A DNA stretch of 64,000 nucleotides from an archaeon GW2011_AR15 (lineage in GTDB: Archaea > Nanobdellota > Nanobdellia > Woesearchaeales > GW2011-AR15), in assembly GCA_000830295.1 (NCBI GenBank), contig CP010425.1:320001-384000 (forward strand). Reading direction: 5' to 3'. Of this stretch, positions 56,233 to 64,000 are shown piece by piece. The notes under the pieces were generated by a model, which was given only the letters and a program-made list of their open reading frames with translations, had not been told where the DNA came from and did not search any database. The position numbers were made by a program, and so were the translations under genes. Numbering within the stretch: position 1 is the stretch's first letter; each line of letters starts with the position of its first letter.

Positions 56233-58512
56233 ATGGTCAATGAACTAAAACTCAAAGTTGCAGAGGCTATCCAAGATGACGTAAACAAGGGAATCGTCAG
56301 GATAGACAGCAGTTTCATGCACGACCTCGACATAAGGCCGGGTGATATTATAGAGATAGCAGGGGAGAGGAAGACTGTTGCAATCGCAGACAGGGCATAT
56401 CCCGGGGATATCGGGCTGAACATAATAAGGATGGACGGGCTGATAAGGAGAAATGCAAAGGCAGGAATAGGGGAGCTTGTATCCATAAAAAAAGCAGGCG
56501 TCATAGAAGCAAAAAAAGTAATAATTGCGCCGCAGAGAAAGGGCATTGTCATAAGGGCCAACCCGATAATATTCAAGCAGGGGCTTCTGGGAAGGGCTGT
56601 CGTGAAAGGAGATATTGTTTCGCTGGGAGGGACAAGGAGGAGAAGGACCACAATGTCCTCAAATCCGCTGTTTGGAGATGATTTCTTTAATATGCTTGAC
56701 GAGGGCCTGATGGGGTTCGGGCTCGGCGACCTGAAGTTTGTCGTCGTATCAACAAACCCGAAGCAGCCTGTGCTCATCACAGAGCAGACAGAGGTTGAGT
56801 TCAACCCTGAGGCCACAGAAGTTTCGGAAGAAAGGGTCCTTGAAGTCACTTATGAGGATATCGGCGGGCTGCAGGACGAGATAAGGAAGGTCAGGGAAAT
56901 GGTAGAGCTGCCATTAAAGCACCCTGAAATATTTGAGGCACTGGGAATAGAGCCGCCAAAGGGTGTTTTGCTGCATGGCCCTCCGGGAACAGGAAAGACT
57001 TTACTGGCCAAGGCTGTCGCAAACGAAACAGACGCTAATTTCAGTCTCATAAACGGGCCTGAAATCATGAGCAAGTACTACGGCCAGAGCGAGGAGAACC
57101 TGAGGAAGAAGTTTGAGGAAGCCGAGAAAAACGCCCCGTCAATTATTTTCATAGACGAGATTGATGCAATAGCAAGCAAGAGGGAAGAGAGCAGGGGAGA
57201 AGTTGAGAGAAGGGTTGTAGCACAGCTGCTTGCGCTTATGGACGGGCTGAACACAAGGGGAAGGGTCATTGTAATAGGAGCGACCAACATCCCGAATGAG
57301 CTTGACCCTGCACTGAGAAGGCCGGGAAGATTTGACAGGGAGATGGAAATCGGAGTCCCTGATAAAGAAGGAAGGCTCAATATCCTGAAGATCCATACCA
57401 GGAACATGCCTCTTGCAAAGAATGTCAACCTGAAAGAATTTGCAGAGATAACGCATGGTTTTGTCGGCGCAGATCTGTCTGCACTGGCAAAAGAGGCTGC
57501 TATGACCCTGCTGAGGAGGATTTATCCTGATTTAAAGCTTGAGGAAGACCAGCCTATTCCGAAAGAAGTCCTTGAGAAGCTCAAGGTTTCCAAGATAGAT
57601 TTTATCGAGGCGCTGAAAGTCGTAAGGCCTTCTGCATTGAGGGAGGTCTTTATTGAAGTCCCTAATGTAAAATGGGAGAATGTCGGCGGGCTGGAGAATG
57701 TAAGACAGGAGATTATCGAGGCTGTTGAATGGCCGCTGAAGCATCCCGATGCTTTCACGAAGATGGGAATAAAGCCGCCCAAGGGAATTCTTTTATACGG
57801 CGCTCCCGGAACTGGTAAAACTTTATTGGCCAAGGCTGTCGCAAATGAGAGCCAGGCAAACTTCATACTTGTAAAAGGCCCTGAGCTTTTGAGCAAATGG
57901 GTTGGCGAGTCAGAAAAAGCTGTAAGGAAAGTTTTCGAGAAGGCAAGGCAGACATCGCCTACAATCATATTCTTTGACGAGATTGATTCCCTTGCACCGA
58001 GAAGGGGAATGGGCTCTGACAACCAGGTTACTGAGAGGGTCGTCAACCAGCTGCTTACAGAGATGGACGGCTTAATCGAGCTGGATAATATTGTGATACT
58101 GGCAGCAACCAACAGGCCGGACATGCTTGATACTGCATTATTGAGGCCGGGAAGGTTTGACAGGATCGTGCTTGTGCCTGCCCCTGACGAAAAATCAAGA
58201 GAGGAGATATTCAAGATACACACAAAAGACATGCCTCTTGATAAGGGAATATCAATCAAGGAGATGGCAAAAGAGACTGAGGGCTATGTCGGAGCGGATA
58301 TTGAATCTGTTGCCAGGGAGGCAGCAATGCTCGCCCTGAGAAAAGACATGGCTGCAAAGAAAGTCACAAAGGAAAATTTCAATGCCGCGCTGAAGAAAGT
58401 CTCTCCGAGCGTGACAAAAGAAGTTGCGGACGCCTACAAGGACCTGCTGAAGCAGTTCAGCTCTGCCCGCGGCAAAGAGATGAAAGAGACCAAGCCGGAG
58501 TATTATGGTTAA
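56233..58512 (+). CDS. cdc48: CDC48/p97 family AAA ATPase
   Basis: N-domain plus two AAA modules ([14 protein letters not shown]; [14 protein letters not shown]), [12 protein letters not shown]; C-terminal YYG HbYX-like tail; AGGTGG SD. Confidence 0.97.
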   Translation: MVNELKLKVAEAIQDDVNKGIVRIDSSFMHDLDIRPGDIIEIAGERKTVAIADRAYPGDIGLNIIRMDGLIRRNAKAGIGELVSIKKAGVIEAKKVIIAPQRKGIVIRANPIIFKQGLLGRAVVKGDIVSLGGTRRRRTTMSSNPLFGDDFFNMLDEGLMGFGLGDLKFVVVSTNPKQPVLITEQTEVEFNPEATEVSEERVLEVTYEDIGGLQDEIRKVREMVELPLKHPEIFEALGIEPPKGVLLHGPPGTGKTLLAKAVANETDANFSLINGPEIMSKYYGQSEENLRKKFEEAEKNAPSIIFIDEIDAIASKREESRGEVERRVVAQLLALMDGLNTRGRVIVIGATNIPNELDPALRRPGRFDREMEIGVPDKEGRLNILKIHTRNMPLAKNVNLKEFAEITHGFVGADLSALAKEAAMTLLRRIYPDLKLEEDQPIPKEVLEKLKVSKIDFIEALKVVRPSALREVFIEVPNVKWENVGGLENVRQEIIEAVEWPLKHPDAFTKMGIKPPKGILLYGAPGTGKTLLAKAVANESQANFILVKGPELLSKWVGESEKAVRKVFEKARQTSPTIIFFDEIDSLAPRRGMGSDNQVTERVVNQLLTEMDGLIELDNIVILAATNRPDMLDTALLRPGRFDRIVLVPAPDEKSREEIFKIHTKDMPLDKGISIKEMAKETEGYVGADIESVAREAAMLALRKDMAAKKVTKENFNAALKKVSPSVTKEVADAYKDLLKQFSSARGKEMKETKPEYYG

Positions 58513-58531
58513 ATACGTTGTTTGAGTAAAC

Positions 58532-58753
58532 TTAGGTATATTTCAAAGAATCTGGTGTTGGTCTCGGCCCACCGGAATGTAATTTACCTTGATGTTTGCC
58601 TTGACAATTATGATTGTAAACATTAAAGTGAGATTCACAGAAAGTCCCACCGCAATAAATACACATATTATTTCTTGATGGCTTCAACTTGGATTTACAT
58701 AATAAACAAGAATCTCTTAATTTATAGGTTTTATATTTTGGAGTTTTTTTCAT
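58532..58753 (-). CDS. AN1-type zinc finger protein
   Basis: C-x2-C-x11-C-x2-C-x4-C-x2-H-x5-H-x-C. Confidence 0.75.
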   Translation of the reverse strand: MKKTPKYKTYKLRDSCLLCKSKLKPSRNNMCIYCGGTFCESHFNVYNHNCQGKHQGKLHSGGPRPTPDSLKYT

Positions 58754-58777
58754 AATTCTTCGGAGTTGTTTATCAAT

Positions 58778-59659
58778 CTATTTCTCAACTTCATGCCCCC
58801 CAAATTCCTTCCTCACTGCGGCAATTGTCCTTTTTCCTAATGCAAACTTCCTGCTCTTGTCTTTCCTTATCTTCACAGCAGCATCAAATGCAGGAGCATA
58901 TCCCTTGACTGCGTTTTTCGTCCTGATGAGCTCATCTATTGTAACGCTTCCGATTGCAGGCTTTATCTTGCCAAAATCTTTCCTTGAAACTGCCTTCACT
59001 GTCAGGTCAAGCAGCCAGCTGTTTATCACAGAAGCAGGCTGCCACACAGAAACCGCTTTTTTTATGTCGATATTAAAATCATCCAGCAGCTCAACTCCCT
59101 CTGCCAATCCTTCTAAATAAACATATTCGATTATGTTATGCACACTCTTGACATAATGTCCGCTTCCGGCCGGCCCGAAATATCCGTAGCCGTTTTTAGG
59201 AGAAAGCGCTTTGCAGAAAGGCTCTATGTGCCTAAACTCTGATTTAGGCCCACCAATCATTAAAGTATATCCGTTCTGAAGCCCCCATACCCCTCCTGAA
59301 ACCCCGCAGTCAAAGAAATGAACTCCCTTTTTCCTGCACCACTTGTCGTGCTTCTCTGCATTCCCGTAGAAATCATTTGCACCATCTACAATAATGTCCC
59401 CTTTCTTCAGAAGGGGAAGAAGCTGCCTTATCATGCCATCAGTTACCCTGCCTGCGGGAAGCATCAGCCATATTATCTTTCTTGAAGAAAGCTTCCCAAC
59501 AAATTCATTTAAGTTATAGGCAGGTATTGCGCCTTTTCCTGCAATGCTTTTAGTTTTTGAGGCTGTCCTGTTCCAGACAACAACTTCTTTTCTATGGAGG
59601 AGAAGCCTCTCGACCATGCCATGCCCCATCCTTCCCAGGCCGATGAATCCTATTCTCAT
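58778..59659 (-). CDS. gnd: 6-phosphogluconate dehydrogenase (decarboxylating, short type)
   Basis: IGLGRMG, WLMLPAG, GVSGG, GHYVKSVHN.IEY, R.EFGGH. Confidence 0.9.
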   Translation of the reverse strand: MRIGFIGLGRMGHGMVERLLLHRKEVVVWNRTASKTKSIAGKGAIPAYNLNEFVGKLSSRKIIWLMLPAGRVTDGMIRQLLPLLKKGDIIVDGANDFYGNAEKHDKWCRKKGVHFFDCGVSGGVWGLQNGYTLMIGGPKSEFRHIEPFCKALSPKNGYGYFGPAGSGHYVKSVHNIIEYVYLEGLAEGVELLDDFNIDIKKAVSVWQPASVINSWLLDLTVKAVSRKDFGKIKPAIGSVTIDELIRTKNAVKGYAPAFDAAVKIRKDKSRKFALGKRTIAAVRKEFGGHEVEK

Positions 59660-60330
59660 TTTAGATCAGTAACCACTACCACTTTTCTTATCCTCTGCAC
59701 AAGTTTTGCAGGGCAATCATCTGTTGATACCTTCGGATTATTAAATTTTTCATATGCCTCCCTTTTCCCCTCGCCAAAAAACAATACAACTGCCATCCTC
59801 GACCTTTCCAGTAGTTTCCTGCTGGAAGTCATCCTGTCCTTCGGGGGCTTGGGAGATTCGTGGGTTATAAGGAAATAATCTGAATTGTCTTTTACTGTCA
59901 GATTCGGAAACAATGCGCCGACATGCCCGTCCTCCCCTGCACCTAAAACTATGATGTCATAATTTTCTTTTATCATCCTCAGGTTTATTTCATATTCCCT
60001 TATGCCGTAGTCCGGCATGTCCTCGTCCATTATGAAAGGATGGATGTTCTGCGGAAGCAGTCCCCCTTCATCAACAAGCCATGAAAGCAGTCCCCTGTCA
60101 ACCAGCCTGAAATTGCTCTCTTCATCATCAACAGGAACAAGCTTCTCATCAATCATGAATATGTGGACCCTGTTCCAGGGTATGTTCACTTCTTTCAGTG
60201 CCGGGAACAGCTTGGTTATGCTCCTCCCTCCCGGAAATGCCATTGTAACATTGTCATGGCTCTCAAGCAGGAAATTTATCTCTTTTGCAATCATCTCTGC
60301 AGCTTCGTTAGCATTGTCTGTCGTGTGCAT
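59656..60330 (-). CDS. pgl: 6-phosphogluconolactonase
   Basis: PGGRS, DEKLVP...ESN, LGAGEDGH..LFP, SPKPP.DRMT. Confidence 0.9.
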   Translation of the reverse strand: MHTTDNANEAAEMIAKEINFLLESHDNVTMAFPGGRSITKLFPALKEVNIPWNRVHIFMIDEKLVPVDDEESNFRLVDRGLLSWLVDEGGLLPQNIHPFIMDEDMPDYGIREYEINLRMIKENYDIIVLGAGEDGHVGALFPNLTVKDNSDYFLITHESPKPPKDRMTSSRKLLERSRMAVVLFFGEGKREAYEKFNNPKVSTDDCPAKLVQRIRKVVVVTDLK

Positions 60331-60331
60331 T

Positions 60332-61795
60332 TTACATGTGCTCCAGGCCCCAGTGGTGGCCGTTTTTCTTCACAAGCCTGTCAGCTGCTTCAGGCCCCGG
60401 ACTTCCTGAGCTGTAATAATGCAGCCTGATTTTTTTCTTTTTCGCAATTACCGGGTCAATCACTTTCCATGCTGCCTCTACTTCATCCCACCTTGTGAAC
60501 AGGGTCGGGTCTCCAAGAAAGATATCATGCAGCAGTTTTTCATATGCCTCGGGGGTATTTATGACGAAAAGGCAGCTATGGCAGAAGTCCATGCTTACAT
60601 TTTCTATTTCAAAATTATTCCCGGGCGTCTTTATGTTCATCCTGAGGTATATGCCTTCATCAGGGAATAATTTTATTATAAGCGCGTTCGGGTGTATGCC
60701 GCCTGAAAACTTTGACAGCAGTGATGTGTTCCTGAAATAGACAATAATCTGGACGAGCTTCCTGTCAAGGTTCTTGCCTGTCTTGAGATAAAAAGGGACG
60801 CCTTTCCACCTTTCATTGTTTATGCAGAATTTTATTGCCGCGAACGTCTCTGTCCTTGAGTCTTTTGCAACACCCTCTTCATCTTTGTAATCAACAGAGC
60901 CTTTCAATGCCCCTTTCCTGTACTGGCCTATGACAATATCATTTTTTTTCGGGATTGATATTTCCCTCAGCACTTTTACCTTGCTGTCCTTTACTTCACC
61001 GGGGTTGAAATTCTTGGGCGGGGACATTGCTATAAGGGACAGTATCTGCATCATGTGGTTCTGCATGACATCCTTTATTGCTCCGTACCTGTCATAGAAT
61101 CCTCCCCTTGTGCCGATTCCCGTGTTTTCCAGGAGGGTTATCTGGACATTTTCTATGTTCCTCTCCCCCCATGCAGGCTCGAATATCTTGTTTGCGAACC
61201 TCAGCGCAAAAAGGTTCTGCACTGCCTCTTTCCCGAGGTAATGGTCTATCCTGAAAATCTGGTTTTCTCTGAATGCCGTATTTATTATTTTATTCAGCTT
61301 CCTGGCAGATTTCAGGTCGTCCCCGAAAGGCTTCTCTATTATCAGCCTGTGGTCTTTTCCCTTTGCAAGAAACTTCTGCTTCCTGAGATTCTTTATTATG
61401 GGCTCGAATTTGTCCGGGAGAGTGGCAAGGTAAAAAATCCTGTTTCCTGCTGTCCTGTATTTTTTATCTGTATCTTCAAGGAATTTTTTCAGCCCTGCAT
61501 AGGAATCCGCTGTATCAAAATCATTCCTGTAATAGAAGACTCCTGAAAGGAACTTGTCCAGCCTGTCAAATTTTTCTTTTGGCAGGAATTCTGCCATTGA
61601 TTTTTTTACATCCTGCCTGAAATCATCATGGGTCTTGTCTTTCCTGGCAACCCCCACTACTGCAAAATTCTTCGGCAGCTCATTTCTTACATAGAGCCTG
61701 TAAAGCGCGGGCATCAGCTTCCTGTGCGTTAAATCTCCTGTGGCTCCGAATATGACGAAGATGCAGGATTCAAGCATTTTAAGTTGTCCCCCCAT
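60332..61795 (-). CDS. zwf: glucose-6-phosphate 1-dehydrogenase (bacterial type)
   Basis: FGATGDL, EKPFG, RIDHYLGKE, DVMQNH, RWKGVPF; true start may be 61777. Confidence 0.96.
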   Translation of the reverse strand: MGGQLKMLESCIFVIFGATGDLTHRKLMPALYRLYVRNELPKNFAVVGVARKDKTHDDFRQDVKKSMAEFLPKEKFDRLDKFLSGVFYYRNDFDTADSYAGLKKFLEDTDKKYRTAGNRIFYLATLPDKFEPIIKNLRKQKFLAKGKDHRLIIEKPFGDDLKSARKLNKIINTAFRENQIFRIDHYLGKEAVQNLFALRFANKIFEPAWGERNIENVQITLLENTGIGTRGGFYDRYGAIKDVMQNHMMQILSLIAMSPPKNFNPGEVKDSKVKVLREISIPKKNDIVIGQYRKGALKGSVDYKDEEGVAKDSRTETFAAIKFCINNERWKGVPFYLKTGKNLDRKLVQIIVYFRNTSLLSKFSGGIHPNALIIKLFPDEGIYLRMNIKTPGNNFEIENVSMDFCHSCLFVINTPEAYEKLLHDIFLGDPTLFTRWDEVEAAWKVIDPVIAKKKKIRLHYYSSGSPGPEAADRLVKKNGHHWGLEHM

Positions 61796-61871
61796 TCCAT
61801 TAAATCAATCGGGATTCTTATATTAAGCTTTCGATACAATCTTTAAATATAACCTGCTGTTAGAAACCAGG

Positions 61872-62666
61872 ATGCTAAGGTCAGATATCAACAGGATGAT
61901 AGAGGAGGCAATGCGGGAATTTGAGAAAAAAGGGCTTATCCTGCCTGCGTGGGCCTATTGGGATGTCAAGGAGTGGTATAAGAATCCTGGGCTTGGAAAT
62001 GAGATAAGGAAAGATGGGCTTGGGTGGAGAGTGAGCGATTTCGGGCTTGGAGATTTTGATTCTTATGGCGGAGTGTTCTTTACAATGTCTAATTCACAGG
62101 TTGAGGCTGGCAGCAAAGAAAGCATAGATCAGCTGCATTCACTGAAATATATTTACAGAAGAAATGGGCAGGGAGCCCCTCCGCATTTCCACTGGTCAAA
62201 AAGGGAGGAATATCTTAATCTGGGAGAAGGTATAACAACTGTGGCAGTGTACAACAAGACTGATAAAAACATGATTGATTATTATTCCCCCATAAGGATA
62301 AAGATAAACCACGTCTGGGCTGAGATTTCTGCCGGAGAGCCGCAGAGAATACCTCCGGGCAGTTCAGTCTACATTCCCGACAGGATAATACATTCATACA
62401 GCGCAGAAGGCAATTCTACTGTTGCCATGGAGATTGCAAGCAGGAACAATGATGATACAGACAACTACTGGGATGTTACAGAGGATAATAAATCAGGAAC
62501 TTACACACAAACCGAAGAGAACATTATTGTTCCCTGCGACAGGACGGCCGTTGCAATATTCCCGCAGCTGAATGAGCTTCCCGGAAGCGAGACGTTTGAT
62601 ATTCTTACCCTTCTCTACTCCCCTTATATCCCCCGCTCTTTGGCAAATTATAAAAAGTCCTCCTGA
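61872..62666 (+). CDS. D-lyxose/D-mannose isomerase family cupin
   Basis: MLRSDIN, LGW.VSDFG, PHFHWSK.E, EIASRNNDDTDN. Confidence 0.8.
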   Translation: MLRSDINRMIEEAMREFEKKGLILPAWAYWDVKEWYKNPGLGNEIRKDGLGWRVSDFGLGDFDSYGGVFFTMSNSQVEAGSKESIDQLHSLKYIYRRNGQGAPPHFHWSKREEYLNLGEGITTVAVYNKTDKNMIDYYSPIRIKINHVWAEISAGEPQRIPPGSSVYIPDRIIHSYSAEGNSTVAMEIASRNNDDTDNYWDVTEDNKSGTYTQTEENIIVPCDRTAVAIFPQLNELPGSETFDILTLLYSPYIPRSLANYKKSS

Positions 62667-62678
62667 TTTTTGTATTGC

Positions 62679-63515
62679 ATGAAATTCAGCAAGCTTCTTT
62701 TCGGCCCTGCCGGCATCCCCCTGTCAACAAAAGACAGGAATACGCCAAACGGGATAGCAAGGACAAAAGAGCTCGGGCTGGGATGCATGGAGCTGGAGTT
62801 TGTAAGGAATATAAACGTGAGCAGGGAAAAAGCTCCTGAAATAAAGAAAAAGGCTGAAAAGGAAGGGATAGTGCTGACATGCCATGCCCCATATTACATA
62901 AACCTTAATTCTGAAGAGCCGAAGACAAAATATGGCAGCATGAGCTACATAACAAAATCTGCTGAGATACTCAACCTGTGCGGCGGCTGGTCTGTCTGCT
63001 TCCATCCCGGCTATTACCTGAAGATGGAGCCTGAGAAAGTGTACAGCACAATAAAGGAAAGGATTGTGGAAATGAGAAAGAAGCTGGACGGCGAGGGCAA
63101 CAGTGTCTGGATAAGGCCTGAGACAACAGGGAAGCCCACGCAGTTCGGGAATTATAAGGAATTACTGAAGATATCGCAGGAAGTGGAAAGAGTGATGCCT
63201 GTTTTTGATTTCTCCCATTTGCATGCAAGGACTAACGGAAAATACAATACTGAAGCAGAATTCAGGAAAATTCTGGAGGATGTGGAAAAGGCTCTTGGAA
63301 AAGAGGGCCTGCACAACATGCACATCCATCTTTCAGGCATTGAGTACGGAGAGAAAGGGGAGAAAAACCACCTCATACTTGAAGAGTCTGACATGAATTA
63401 CAAAGAGCTGCTGAAAGTGTGGAAAGAGTTTGATATCCGCGGCTGCGTCATTTCTGAGAGCCCGAACATAGAGGAAGATGCGCTGCTTATGAAGAAGTAT
63501 TACGAGAGCCTATAA
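62679..63515 (+). CDS. endonuclease IV-like TIM-barrel protein
   Basis: HAPYYINL, FHPGY, PETTGK, DFSHLHAR, HIH, ESP. Confidence 0.88.
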   Translation: MKFSKLLFGPAGIPLSTKDRNTPNGIARTKELGLGCMELEFVRNINVSREKAPEIKKKAEKEGIVLTCHAPYYINLNSEEPKTKYGSMSYITKSAEILNLCGGWSVCFHPGYYLKMEPEKVYSTIKERIVEMRKKLDGEGNSVWIRPETTGKPTQFGNYKELLKISQEVERVMPVFDFSHLHARTNGKYNTEAEFRKILEDVEKALGKEGLHNMHIHLSGIEYGEKGEKNHLILEESDMNYKELLKVWKEFDIRGCVISESPNIEEDALLMKKYYESL

Positions 63516-63516
63516 T

Positions 63517-63999
63517 CTATCTCTCATACATTTTTGCATTTTCTGTAAACCCTGTAACCTCTGACGCATCTTTTCCCGGAAATGCTTCAAACCTGATTTT
63601 TCTTTCTTCTGTCATCTGCACGAGGACAACGCCTTCTACCTGATCATATCCCTCTGTATAGATTCCTTTTGCAAGGAATTTTCTGTCCCAGTAATCCCCG
63701 TCTGCTGTAAAGTAATCATATTGGACAAGCTCATATTCTACAACTCCTGTTTCTGCGCTGAGATCCGCAGGATCGGGGGTATTTCCTTTGACTGCATACT
63801 GCCTGGAATTTTCCCCGTCATAATTACCGATTGATAGGACTATCCTGTCAGGGTCCAGATAATCATATGCAAAAGCAAGATGGCCCAGCCAGTATCTTCC
63901 GGGCCCTCCGGCGTAGCCCTTTGTTCCCTCCAGGAACCAGTTGCCAACAAGCCTGCCATCAATATCATAATCAATCTTTCCTGATATCGGCTCGGCTGT
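63517..63999 (-). CDS. hypothetical protein, C-terminal part (5' end outside window; not in ORF track)
   Basis: Uninterrupted 160-codon frame ...GKIDYDIDGRLVGNWF...FEAFPGK...YER*. Confidence 0.7.
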   Translation of the reverse strand, partial: TAEPISGKIDYDIDGRLVGNWFLEGTKGYAGGPGRYWLGHLAFAYDYLDPDRIVLSIGNYDGENSRQYAVKGNTPDPADLSAETGVVEYELVQYDYFTADGDYWDRKFLAKGIYTEGYDQVEGVVLVQMTEERKIRFEAFPGKDASEVTGFTENAKMYER

Positions 64000-64000
64000 A

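Noticed and set aside
1-64000. CRISPR arrays, IS elements, rRNA, and the many 60-250-aa antisense ORFs in the track
   Set aside because: No regularly spaced repeats, transposase motifs or rRNA signatures seen; the antisense ORFs are shadows of well-supported genes.

Overview
Gene-dense chromosomal segment of an archaeon, most likely a DPANN/Woesearchaeota-type genome. This is inferred from archaeal RpoN, uS2, Sec61beta, DnaG, Dim2, CDC48 and deoxyhypusine synthase, TATA promoters ~25 nt before many starts, GGTGA/GGAGG Shine-Dalgarno sites, and a patchwork of bacterial-type sugar/redox genes. About 65 CDS cover housekeeping genes, a dispersed type IV pilus/Tad system (two VirB11/CpaF ATPases, TadB/TadC, a class III pilin, a HerA-like ATPase), glycosyltransferases, a bacterial-type oxidative pentose phosphate operon (zwf-pgl-gnd) and an Fe-S/ferredoxin/MsrA cluster. 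I found no transposase, integrase, CRISPR array or rRNA. The strongest novel signal is at 10.9-15.1 kb. Two TATA-proximal, unannotated Trp-containing mini-ORFs (MSAGDSRWTL and MRNTKGGSRWRSFN, shared G-x-S-R-W) precede an atypical tRNA-Trp(CCA) with a 4-bp anticodon stem and a U11-A24 pair. The tRNA heads a GNAT / aspartoacylase-family / S-component-like / YggS / TrpRS gene run, making this a candidate archaeal Trp-sensing leader-peptide/tRNA system. Other highlights are a ~380-nt pseudoknotted RNA leader upstream of dnaG, a structured rps2 leader, a uORF before the DHS-decarboxylase operon, and two apparent pseudo-enzymes. All family calls come from motif recognition by eye, not database searches.
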